Below are positions 26,238 to 34,871 of a stretch of 64,000 nucleotides of DNA, in pieces. Position numbers and translations under genes: made by a program. Position 1 is the first letter of the stretch. Every line of letters starts with the position of its first letter. Source of the DNA: Candidatus Falkowbacteria bacterium (GTDB taxonomy: Bacteria > Patescibacteriota > Patescibacteriia > Patescibacteriales > UBA12465); NCBI GenBank assembly GCA_037132255.1, contig JBAXPN010000003.1:2625-66624 (forward strand). Direction: 5' to 3'. The notes under the pieces are model-generated. The model made no database searches and had not been told where the DNA came from. It worked only from the letters and a program-made list of their open reading frames with translations.

Positions 26238-28033
26238 AAAAAAGAATAATATATTTAATTTCCCTACTTGTTTTGGTGATTATTACCGTAGGTTTTTTCG
26301 TATTCTTTAAACAATCAAAAAATGGGGAAGTAGAAAAAAATATTCCGGGTGAAATAAATCAAGTTCGCCCGATTGGTATGCTATATAGTGATGCCTCGCC
26401 ATATTTATCAGCGATTAGATTGGCCAAAAATGTAATAGCCACAAGTTCTGTTTCTGGGCTAATTGTTCCGCATCACTTACTGGCGAAAGATTTAATGGCC
26501 GACACCTTCGCTTACGCCTCAAAAGGAAATTATAAACTTATTGTTCTTTTAAGCCCCGATCATTATAGTGCCGGCAAGACAAAAGTTTCGGTAACTGAGC
26601 GTAGCTTTTCAACTGTTTTTGGCGAGATAAGTTCGGACTCGGAATTAGCAAAAAAACTTAAAGAATCGCCGTACGTATCGGAAGAAAATTTTTTTTATCG
26701 CGAACATGGCCTGCAAGCGGAGTTGCCGTTTATTAAGTATTATTTTCCCGATGCAAAGTTGCTTGCTATTACTTTTAAGCCCGGCATTTCTCAACTAGAG
26801 CTTGACCGTCTAGTCTCTGTTCTGGGCAGGGAACTTCCACTGGACTCTTTGATTATTCAGAGTACTGATTTTTCCCACTACTTAAGTTCTGCTCAGGCGG
26901 TGGAGAAAGACACAGAAACCATTAAAGTTCTTAAACAAAACGATTGCGAGAAAATATTAAGCCTCAATCAGCCAGAAAATATTGATTCCTTGGCGGCCGC
27001 TTACGTTCAAGCATCATTACAAAGAAATGTATTTCAATCGTCAATAAGTATATTGAATCATAAAAATTCTCAAGATTATACAGCTGAAAAAATTTCCTCA
27101 TCGACTAGCTATGTCTCGGCTGCTTATATACAAAGTATTAAAAACGAAAAATTTGTTGAGCCCGCTGAAAGTATAAAATCAAATAATGCAGAATTAATTT
27201 TTGTTGGTGATATAATGCTTTCGCGCTATATTGGTGAGCTGATGAGTAAAAAAGAGGATTATAGTTTTCCTTATAAGGAAATTAAACCATTTTTGTCGGA
27301 GGCGGATTCGGTGTTTGGTAATTTAGAAAGTCCGATTTCAGATAAAGGAAAATCTACGGGAAGTTTGTATCCATTTAGAGCTGATCCTCTTGTAGTGCTT
27401 GGTTTAAAAAATGCCGGCTTCACTGTTATGTCTGTAGCGAATAATCACGCCTTTGATTATGGCCGAGAGGCTTTTACTGATACGCTTAAAAATATTAAAA
27501 ACGCTGGAATCTCTTACGCGGGCGGAGGAGTAAATTTTATGGAGGCTCATAATGGCGCCTATCAGGAAATTAATGGTGTTAAAATAATATATCTCGCTTA
27601 TACTGATTTATTAGCTAAGAGTGACGCTGCGAATGATACAGCGGCTGGCGTGAGTTACCTTGATATTAGTCAAATGGTTAAGGATATAAAAGTAGTAAAA
27701 GAAAAAGCAGATTTAGTTATTGTTTCATTCCACTGGGGGAGAGAATATGAAACGACGCATAACGCCCATCAAGAAGAAATTGCTCGGGCTGCTATTGAGG
27801 CGGGCGCTTCTTTAATTATTGGGCATCACCCGCATGTCGCGCAGGACCTAGATTTGTATAAAAATGTTTATATTGCTTATAGTTTAGGAAATTTTATTTT
27901 TGATCAGAATTTTTCTCCGGAAACAAGTTCTGGTTTAGCGCTTAAAGTTACTATAAAAAATAAAAAGGTTAGTAATGTGGCAACTGAAACAATTTTGTTT
28001 AATCATAATTTTCAGCCCTATATAAAAAAATAG
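26234..28033 (+). CDS. Fusion protein: MEMO1/AmmeMemoRadiSam-B-like domain + CapA/PGA_cap metallophosphatase-like domain, N-terminal TM anchor
   Basis: N-terminal half: GLIVPHH..LLSPDH..EHGLQAELPF..QSTDFSHY (MEMO pattern). C-terminal half: FVGDIMLSR..GNLESP..VANNHAFDYG..SFHWGREY..GHHPHV (CapA pattern). Confidence 0.7.
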   Translation: MKKRIIYLISLLVLVIITVGFFVFFKQSKNGEVEKNIPGEINQVRPIGMLYSDASPYLSAIRLAKNVIATSSVSGLIVPHHLLAKDLMADTFAYASKGNYKLIVLLSPDHYSAGKTKVSVTERSFSTVFGEISSDSELAKKLKESPYVSEENFFYREHGLQAELPFIKYYFPDAKLLAITFKPGISQLELDRLVSVLGRELPLDSLIIQSTDFSHYLSSAQAVEKDTETIKVLKQNDCEKILSLNQPENIDSLAAAYVQASLQRNVFQSSISILNHKNSQDYTAEKISSSTSYVSAAYIQSIKNEKFVEPAESIKSNNAELIFVGDIMLSRYIGELMSKKEDYSFPYKEIKPFLSEADSVFGNLESPISDKGKSTGSLYPFRADPLVVLGLKNAGFTVMSVANNHAFDYGREAFTDTLKNIKNAGISYAGGGVNFMEAHNGAYQEINGVKIIYLAYTDLLAKSDAANDTAAGVSYLDISQMVKDIKVVKEKADLVIVSFHWGREYETTHNAHQEEIARAAIEAGASLIIGHHPHVAQDLDLYKNVYIAYSLGNFIFDQNFSPETSSGLALKVTIKNKKVSNVATETILFNHNFQPYIKK

Positions 28034-28106
28034 TTCATAAAAAAATATGACAGATAAAAAACATATAATTATTTGTTAATCATACATATTAAACCTTTTC
28101 GACAAA

Positions 28107-28136
28107 CAAAGATACACCCTAATTGGTGTATCTTTG
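28107..28136. terminator. Bidirectional terminator between convergent genes
   Basis: Perfect 12-bp stem CAAAGATACACC / GGTGTATCTTTG with a 6-nt loop. Confidence 0.8.
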
Positions 28137-28166
28137 TTTAGATAAGGATTCCGTCTTACCTAGATA

Positions 28167-29135
28167 TTAATCTTTGTCGTTATGTCCTGAGTTTCCTTTG
28201 CCCATTTTATTATCATGCTCTTTGTCATTTTTATTTTCGTTTTCGTTATTTCTTTTATCAGCATGAATTTTTTTATCTTTGGTAGTTATTGATACTGAGT
28301 TTGATGCTGGGGAGGTGCTTCCGGCGGCATTAAACGCAACTACTGTATATGAATATGTTGTTCCGGCTACTATTGAAGAATCCATGAAGTTACGATTTCG
28401 AGATGTGCCGACAACAATACCATCTCTTAAAACTCTATAACCCTTAACGCTTGCGTGGTTGATTGGCGCATCCCAAGTCAATTTAATTTTTTTATGATCC
28501 TTAAGGTCAGCTCTTAAACCAGTCGGGGTATTAAGAGTAATAGCGCTGCTTACAGCAGTCGTTGTTGCGGTCACCGAGCTAGAAGTAGCAGATACATTTC
28601 CATTAGCATCAAAGGCGCTAACGTTAAAAATGTATGAAGTCGAAGAAGCAAGACCGGTACTAATATAACTATTTATCGTTGAAGTTCCAACTTGAGAATT
28701 ATTGATATAAACTTTATATCCAGTAACTCCGACGTTATCGCTTGATTTAGTCCAAGTCAAATTAATTTGATTAGGATAAATTGCGGCAGCGCTCAAGTTT
28801 GTCGGCACGCTAGGTGTAGTCGTATCGATAATTAATAAATCACCGACATAGTAATTTGCCAATGCGTTATTAGCATTTACATTGCTTGCATGTTTACCAT
28901 TAAATAAACTGCTGCCGTCGATTCCACATAGACTATTAATAGCGACTTGTCCTCCGGGATGGAGTGTTAGATAACTTGTGACATTATAAACCTTGTTATT
29001 TACGATGGTCCAGCAATCCGCGGCTACATTATGTACGCCTACTTGCTGGCTTGTATATGTATTTGCGGCCAAAGCTGGGGTAGCGAAGGGAAGCAAAAAC
29101 ACAAGACCTAACAAGAGTGAAGAAAGTTTTTTCAT
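28167..29135 (-). CDS. Secreted cytochrome b5-like heme-binding domain + 2 FN3 domains + His/Asp/Lys/Asn-rich tail
   Basis: Signal peptide. VHNVAADCWTIVNNKVYNVTSYLTLHPGG matches the Cyt-b5 HPGG motif. Two FN3 repeats (W..S.DNVGVTGY.VY). Confidence 0.75.
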   Translation of the reverse strand: MKKLSSLLLGLVFLLPFATPALAANTYTSQQVGVHNVAADCWTIVNNKVYNVTSYLTLHPGGQVAINSLCGIDGSSLFNGKHASNVNANNALANYYVGDLLIIDTTTPSVPTNLSAAAIYPNQINLTWTKSSDNVGVTGYKVYINNSQVGTSTINSYISTGLASSTSYIFNVSAFDANGNVSATSSSVTATTTAVSSAITLNTPTGLRADLKDHKKIKLTWDAPINHASVKGYRVLRDGIVVGTSRNRNFMDSSIVAGTTYSYTVVAFNAAGSTSPASNSVSITTKDKKIHADKRNNENENKNDKEHDNKMGKGNSGHNDKD

Positions 29136-29174
29136 AAATTTTTTAATTAATTAATAAAACCTTTATACTATATG

Positions 29175-29201
29175 ATACAAAGCGGATTGTCTTTTGTTAC
29201 A
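29175..29201 (-). promoter_or_regulatory. ECF-type promoter candidate TGTAAC-N16-TGTAT facing the cyt-b5/FN3 gene
   Basis: Bipartite motif and spacing are identical to the element at 29229..29255 on the other strand. Confidence 0.55.
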
Positions 29202-29228
29202 TAGCGTTATATAATGATACTTACCCCT

Positions 29229-29255
29229 TGTAACATTTACCCTTAATTATTGTAT
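29229..29255 (+). promoter_or_regulatory. ECF-type promoter candidate TGTAAC-N16-TGTAT facing the sigma/anti-sigma operon
   Basis: Same motif as 29175..29201. The position fits autoregulation of the ECF sigma gene (ATG at 29271). Confidence 0.55.
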
Positions 29256-29270
29256 AAATAGATAGAAGAT

Positions 29271-29768
29271 ATGCGAAAGAATAGGGATAATTTTTTGCCT
29301 TATTATAACCAATATAAAGATAAAATATATAATTATTTTTTATATCGAGTTGGTTTTGATAAGCCCTTAGCCGAGGATTTAAGCTCGGAAGTGTTTATAA
29401 AGGCCTTAAAGAGTTTTGATGATTTTGATAAGACCAAAAAATTCCAGTCTTGGATATATATGATTGCCCATAACCATTTAGTTAATCACTATAAAATATC
29501 TGGTCGCGTCGTTCCCATAGAACCATTAGAAAATTTTCTTCATTATACTGATAGCAGCGCTGAAGAAAAGTATGAGCTCGCGAGAGTTTTAAAAATAATT
29601 GATGCAATGGAAAGCTCTGAATCAGAAATATTGCGATACAAGTTTATTGATCAGCTGAGCAATGACGAGATTGCCGAAATTCTCGAGAAGGAAGAGGGCG
29701 CCGTCAGGACGCAAATAAGTCGGAGTTTAGTAAAATTAAGAGAAATATTAAACAGTAATTCTAAATAG
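29271..29768 (+). CDS. ECF-family RNA polymerase sigma factor
   Basis: Region 2 (EDLSSEVFIKA..FQSWIYMIAHNHLVNHY) and region 4 (LSNDEIAEIL..GAVRTQISRSLVKLR). Confidence 0.85.
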   Translation: MRKNRDNFLPYYNQYKDKIYNYFLYRVGFDKPLAEDLSSEVFIKALKSFDDFDKTKKFQSWIYMIAHNHLVNHYKISGRVVPIEPLENFLHYTDSSAEEKYELARVLKIIDAMESSESEILRYKFIDQLSNDEIAEILEKEEGAVRTQISRSLVKLREILNSNSK

Positions 29769-29769
29769 T

Positions 29770-30624
29770 ATGGAAAATCTGGAAAAGCTCTTGTCGGAAT
29801 TACCGCAGAATAAATTAAGCCGACAAGCAGATTTAAAAATTAAATTTAAACTTTATAAAATTATAATCCTAAATAACTTAGCGAGTATTTTTGATTTCTC
29901 GAATTTGCGCATCTTTTCTACGAATAAGGCTTTGGGCGTGGCCGCAGTGATATTATTAATCTGTGGCACAACTTCGGTTTACGCTTATGCCAGCAATGAT
30001 ATTTTGCCAGGTAGTCAGCTCTATCCAGTTAAAATTGCGCTTGAAAAAATAGAGCAAAAAATTACAACAAATAATACAGCTAAAATCGCTAATCTAGAAA
30101 AATTTTCTGAACGTCGTCTGAACGAAGCGGTTGTTTTAAGTCAAAAAAAGCAGGAGTCCGAAAAAGAGGGCCAAAAGATAAATGAAGACATTAAAAAAAA
30201 TATTGCTACTGAGCTTAGTAACCATGAGGCGGTCGCTAATCACATTAATAATTTAGAAGAAGGGAATAATGTCGAGGCATTAATCACTGAGACTAAAAAG
30301 AATGATCAGGCAGAAATAAATTACCTTGATAAAATTGGTGAATATGCAGCGAGCAACAAGAATCAAGAAATTTTAGATAAGGTAAATGAAGCTAAGGATA
30401 AAATTAAAAAACAGGAGTATAAACGCGGTAACGGTAATGGGTGGAAAAAAGATGAGCAGTTAAATGAGGGAGTATCTAAACAGGATAAAATAAGTGAAGA
30501 TAATGCCGCACCCGCTATTAGCACGTCAACTGAAATTATAGAAGCAAATAGGAATGAAAGCTCTACTCCCGAAATAAGAAGCGACAGAGAGCGTAGACGC
30601 GAAAGAGATAATGAGGATAGATAA
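29770..30624 (+). CDS. Putative anti-sigma factor, single-pass membrane protein with DUF5667-like domain
   Basis: Begins 1 nt after the sigma gene stop. One TM helix followed by ILPGSQLYPVKIALEKIE, then a charged coiled-coil tail. Confidence 0.55.
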   Translation: MENLEKLLSELPQNKLSRQADLKIKFKLYKIIILNNLASIFDFSNLRIFSTNKALGVAAVILLICGTTSVYAYASNDILPGSQLYPVKIALEKIEQKITTNNTAKIANLEKFSERRLNEAVVLSQKKQESEKEGQKINEDIKKNIATELSNHEAVANHINNLEEGNNVEALITETKKNDQAEINYLDKIGEYAASNKNQEILDKVNEAKDKIKKQEYKRGNGNGWKKDEQLNEGVSKQDKISEDNAAPAISTSTEIIEANRNESSTPEIRSDRERRRERDNEDR

Positions 30625-30657
30625 CTCAGAAAAATATTTGAAGAGGCGTCTATTTTC

Positions 30658-30666
30658 TGATAAAAT
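30658..30666 (+). promoter_or_regulatory. Extended -10 TGaTAAAAT, 6 nt upstream of the ATG at 30673
   Basis: Direct reading; leaderless geometry. Confidence 0.4.
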
Positions 30667-30672
30667 ATCAAT

Positions 30673-31191
30673 ATGAAACTATTAAAAACTATTCAATTTA
30701 ATGATATCGCCGCTGACGAGCTCGCCGATTTCGAAATCAGAAAAGCGGCTAGGGCGGTTGTTCTTGATGAGAATAATCAGGTTGGGCTTCTTTATGTTAA
30801 AAAATATAATTATCATAAATTACCGGGTGGTGGCCTTGAAGGAGAGGAGAATATTAGTGAGGCATTAAAGAGAGAATGCCTTGAAGAAATCGGGTGTAAT
30901 ATTGAAGCCGGAGAAGAATTGGGAGAAATTATTGAATATCGCGATAAATGGGCGCTTAAGCAGCATTCGTATTGTTATCTAGCTAGAGTTGTTGGCGAAA
31001 AAGGTAAACCAGATTTTACGCAGAAAGAAATTGATTACGGCTTTGAAATAAAATGGGCGTCGCTTTCAGCCGCTATTGAGTTGTTAGAAAACGATGTACC
31101 CGAAGGATATGAGGGCCCATTTATTCATATTAGAGATAGTCTGTTTTTAGAAGAGGCATTTAAGATATTGGGAGCTAAAGATAAGGAATAA
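30673..31191 (+). CDS. NUDIX hydrolase
   Basis: Nudix box GGGLEGEENISEALKRECLEEIG. Confidence 0.85.
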   Translation: MKLLKTIQFNDIAADELADFEIRKAARAVVLDENNQVGLLYVKKYNYHKLPGGGLEGEENISEALKRECLEEIGCNIEAGEELGEIIEYRDKWALKQHSYCYLARVVGEKGKPDFTQKEIDYGFEIKWASLSAAIELLENDVPEGYEGPFIHIRDSLFLEEAFKILGAKDKE

Positions 31192-31220
31192 TTTGCAAAT
31201 AATTAATCATTATGTAAATA

Positions 31221-31250
31221 AAAAAAGGAGATTGAAAGATCTCCTTTTGT
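31221..31250. terminator. Bidirectional terminator between NUDIX (+) and purH (-)
   Basis: AAAGGAGAT-loop-ATCTCCTTT flanked by an A run and a T run. Confidence 0.75.
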
Positions 31251-31285
31251 AATGCAATTGAGTGGGAATTTTTATCCCGTGAATT

Positions 31286-32893
31286 TTAATGATTATAAAA
31301 ACCGCGGCCGATTGAATCAGGAATCATGTAAAGCGACATTTCGTTTAAATTGCAAAAATCAATAATTTTTGCGTCGTTTACTGAACCACTCGATGTGACT
31401 ATTGTAGTAACGCCGAGATTATCCAAAGCTTCAGGCCCGTCAACGAAGGGGAAGAAACTATCACTAGCTGCACTTGCTCCTGGAATCGAGTGTTTGCAAT
31501 CTTTTGCTATTTGACCAGCAAGTTTAGCTGCTCTAACGCGAGTTTGCTGTCCCACGCCGTTACCGATTAATTGACCATTCCGGACCAGCGTGATTGTGTT
31601 ACTATTTGAAGTATCACAAATTGCCTTGGCTAATAGTAAATCGCTTTCTTCGTCTATACTAAGCGCTGGCCCATATTTTTTTAAATTTGGATCGCTCAGA
31701 TTAAGGATAAAATTATAATTTGGTTGACTTAAAAAACCACCACGGACATAGCGAAATATTTCTCCACTATCAAGGCATTCATCGGTAAGGAGCTCCAAGT
31801 ATGGATTCGATAGCAAACGACATTTGCCTTTTTTTCTGGCCAAGATTTCAATTGCTCCTTCTGTGAAACCGGCCGCGATAATACCGTCTAAAAGACGTTT
31901 TTTATTTGGGCCATCGCTTACTATTATTTCGGCCTGGCTTTCGTTAATGGTGAAGTTAAACATGAGTAAGCCGCCAAAAATTGCAATTGGGTCGCCGTTG
32001 ACCATTTTTCTGATGACTTCTTCCGGGTCGTCGTCAATTGCGGCGCCACAGCAATTACCATGTTTGGCACCAAGCGCAATATTTGGTACTCCGCGCAGGT
32101 TCTTATCAAAACTTGCCGCAATGTGCGTCATAGTTTGGAGTAACCTATCAAGGTCGCACAGATTATTATAACTTGGCTTGTCACCCGCTACTAATTTAAA
32201 ATTATGTATGGCCAAAAGGTCATTGACTCCTTCATCCTTATAAAGTGCGGCCGGTGTTTGATGGCCGTTTTCACCGTATTTACAAGTTAGGTGCTTACTC
32301 CCGATAAATCCCTTATAGCCATCTTGGCTGTGATAGTTAGCTGAGATGAGACAATATTTTGCGATTGTTGCCTCAGCTTTAGCAGCTAAATAGTTGAGAT
32401 ATTCGCTCTCGTTCGGTGAGCCAGCTTTTAACCACTCGATGGTCTTTTTTCTATCTTCGGGAGCGCAAACTACAATTCGTCTTCCTTTGGCTGCTGAGCG
32501 CAGCATCGTTGGACCACCGATATCAGTTTGTTCGATTACTGATTCCGGAGTACTGTCGGCTTTTTTTATTTCTGCTTCAAGTGGGTAAAGGTCAACGCAA
32601 GCAAGGTTGATAAAGGGAATACCAAGATTCTCTAGTTCTTTGAGATCAATCAGATTGTTTTTGGCTAATAATCCAGCGTGGACTTCGCGTGATAAAGTAA
32701 CAACGCGATGACCGAGAATAGCTTCTCCGCCAACCAGCGAGGAAACATCTATAACAGCTACGCCGGCCACAGCTAAATGTTTAGCGGTACCGCCTGAGGC
32801 ATAAATGTCAAAATTCAGAGATATGAGTTCTTTGGCGAACTCGACGATACCATTTTTATGGTATACGGAAATTAAGGCAACTCTTTTTTTCAT
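31286..32893 (-). CDS. purH: Bifunctional AICAR transformylase / IMP cyclohydrolase
   Basis: N-terminal MGS-like ALISVYHKNGIVEFAKEL..ASGGTAKHL, then an AICARFT region. 535 aa is the full-length size. Confidence 0.85.
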   Translation of the reverse strand: MKKRVALISVYHKNGIVEFAKELISLNFDIYASGGTAKHLAVAGVAVIDVSSLVGGEAILGHRVVTLSREVHAGLLAKNNLIDLKELENLGIPFINLACVDLYPLEAEIKKADSTPESVIEQTDIGGPTMLRSAAKGRRIVVCAPEDRKKTIEWLKAGSPNESEYLNYLAAKAEATIAKYCLISANYHSQDGYKGFIGSKHLTCKYGENGHQTPAALYKDEGVNDLLAIHNFKLVAGDKPSYNNLCDLDRLLQTMTHIAASFDKNLRGVPNIALGAKHGNCCGAAIDDDPEEVIRKMVNGDPIAIFGGLLMFNFTINESQAEIIVSDGPNKKRLLDGIIAAGFTEGAIEILARKKGKCRLLSNPYLELLTDECLDSGEIFRYVRGGFLSQPNYNFILNLSDPNLKKYGPALSIDEESDLLLAKAICDTSNSNTITLVRNGQLIGNGVGQQTRVRAAKLAGQIAKDCKHSIPGASAASDSFFPFVDGPEALDNLGVTTIVTSSGSVNDAKIIDFCNLNEMSLYMIPDSIGRGFYNH

Positions 32894-33030
32894 GGTTACT
32901 TGTTTTTTGGGTTAATATTATGGTTTATTCTTAATCTATTGTTAAGTTACGAGAAGAATTATTGTAACATTTAGAGCTCTTTTGTCAATTATCGTTTAAA
33001 ATTAGCAGTCACTCCTTACGGCGGAAATAG

Positions 33031-33059
33031 TTGACTAAATTTACTTTAGTTGCTAAAAT
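33031..33059 (+). promoter_or_regulatory. Sigma70-like promoter TTGACT-17-TAAAAT for the efflux operon
   Basis: Direct reading, about 40 nt upstream of the ATG at 33100. Confidence 0.5.
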
Positions 33060-33099
33060 AATCAATAGTTAAATAGTATTAATTTATATTCTATATTTT

Positions 33100-34857
33100 A
33101 TGAGTATGCGTAGATTTTTTACCAGAAAAAAAATTATCTGGTCCATTATTATCATTATTGTTGCCGCCGCTGTTTGGTACTTTATTGCTAAAGGCAAGGA
33201 TGTGTCCGGCAATGTTCAAACCGCCGTTGTCATCAGCCAAAATTTAAAACAGACAGTCCTAACTACCGGTCAGGTTGTCAGCGCCACTAATTTAAATTTA
33301 AGTTTCCAGGGTAGCGGTGTCGTCAAGGAGCTTAAAGTTAAGGCAGGCGATAAAGTTAAAGCCGATGACGTTCTGGCAACTTTAAATCAGGGAAACGCTG
33401 CTGCCGCTTTAGTTAGCGCGGAAGGAGCGCTTGCTCAGGCTAACGCTAATTATCAACGGGTTTTAGCTGGAGCAACGATTGAACAGATTAGAGTTTCTCA
33501 GGAATCAGTTAACGCCGCTCAGGTTTCATATAATAATGCGAAGGCGCAACTTTTAACCGTTCAGCAATCAACTGCCGCAACAATCAGTCAGGCAGAAAAA
33601 ACTTTAGCTGATTTGCAGTCACCGATTGCGACCTCTGATAATAAGCGCTCAGCGATTATTTCTGTTATTTCTGCTCAACTTGCTTCTATCAAATCCGCCC
33701 TTGATCAACAGAATCAAATTTTAAACGATAATAATTTAAAAAATTCTTTTGGCGTGACCGATGCCTCGGCACGAGAGAATTTCAAAAACACGGTTATTCA
33801 AATCCAACCGCTTCTTAATACTGCTAATGCTAGTCTATCGACAGCGATGGCTTATAAGAGTGATGCAAATATTGATGCTGCTGTTAATGATGCTTTAAAT
33901 TTATTAAATAGTAATATTTCTTCTTTAAACTATTGCTTTGTAGCTCTTGTTAATTCGGTTCCAAGTAATGTTTTTAGCCAGGCTCAACTCGATGCTTATA
34001 AGGCAGCTATTAATGCAGCGCTAGCCAGTGAAAATCCGGGCACGACTTCAATTCGATCAGCCAGACAGGCGCTTAGTGATGCAATAACATCAACTCAAAA
34101 TGCGGTTACCAATGCTCGTTTAGCGCAAGCGCAGCAGATTTCTTCCGCTCAGAATCAAATTAATAGTGCTCAGGCTTCTTTACAGCAAGCACAAGCAAAC
34201 CTTGCCCAGCAAACCGCTCACGCAAAACCAGCTGATATCAATATTGCCCGTGCACAAATTTTATCTGCTCAGGGTCAAGTTGAATCAGCGCGCGCCAATC
34301 TAAATAATTTAGTTATTAAAGCGCCGGTCGAAGGAACAATCACTCAAGTTAATATTAAGGTGGGTGAACAGGCTAATGCTATGCAGCAAGTGATGGTTCT
34401 ACAGGATATTAGCAGTCTCCATACTGAAGCCTATGTTAGTGAAGCTAACGTCGCTTCAATTACTATTGGTCAGATAGTAGATTATACATTTGATGCTCTT
34501 GGCCCTGATAAACATTTTGATGGAAAAATATTAACGATTGACCCAGCGTCAACTGTAAATTCTGGTGTTGTTAATTATCTTGTTAAGGCATATTTACCTG
34601 TTATTCCGGAGATTAAACCGGGCATGACGGTGAACATGACTATTCTCGTTGCTAGCCGCGATAACGCCTTGGCCGTGCCAAGCAGTGCGGTTATCAATAC
34701 CGGAACACAGCATTTTGTTCGAATTATTGATGACCCAAAAAAGAATACTTATCATCAAGTCGAAGTTAATGCCGGCCTACAAGCAGATGGTGGATTAATT
34801 GAAATCAGCTCTGGTTTAGAAGCTGGGCAAACTATTGTTACTTACATCAAGCCCTAA
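33100..34857 (+). CDS. HlyD/MacA-family periplasmic adaptor with a very long Q/A/N-rich coiled coil
   Basis: N-terminal TM helix, lipoyl-like segments (VKELKVKAGDKVKADDVLATL / LVIKAPVEGTITQVNIKVGE) that bracket about 300 aa of coiled coil, and a C-terminal beta-barrel. Confidence 0.8.
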   Translation: MSMRRFFTRKKIIWSIIIIIVAAAVWYFIAKGKDVSGNVQTAVVISQNLKQTVLTTGQVVSATNLNLSFQGSGVVKELKVKAGDKVKADDVLATLNQGNAAAALVSAEGALAQANANYQRVLAGATIEQIRVSQESVNAAQVSYNNAKAQLLTVQQSTAATISQAEKTLADLQSPIATSDNKRSAIISVISAQLASIKSALDQQNQILNDNNLKNSFGVTDASARENFKNTVIQIQPLLNTANASLSTAMAYKSDANIDAAVNDALNLLNSNISSLNYCFVALVNSVPSNVFSQAQLDAYKAAINAALASENPGTTSIRSARQALSDAITSTQNAVTNARLAQAQQISSAQNQINSAQASLQQAQANLAQQTAHAKPADINIARAQILSAQGQVESARANLNNLVIKAPVEGTITQVNIKVGEQANAMQQVMVLQDISSLHTEAYVSEANVASITIGQIVDYTFDALGPDKHFDGKILTIDPASTVNSGVVNYLVKAYLPVIPEIKPGMTVNMTILVASRDNALAVPSSAVINTGTQHFVRIIDDPKKNTYHQVEVNAGLQADGGLIEISSGLEAGQTIVTYIKP

Positions 34858-34871
34858 TTAATTTAATTTCT

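Noticed and set aside
32963-32990. A third ECF-type promoter, since TGTAACATTTA is identical over 11 nt to the sigma-gene promoter.
   Set aside because: The -10 position at N16 reads TCAAT rather than TGTAT, and a good sigma70 promoter lies downstream at 33031-33059. I kept it only as a note inside the ECF finding.
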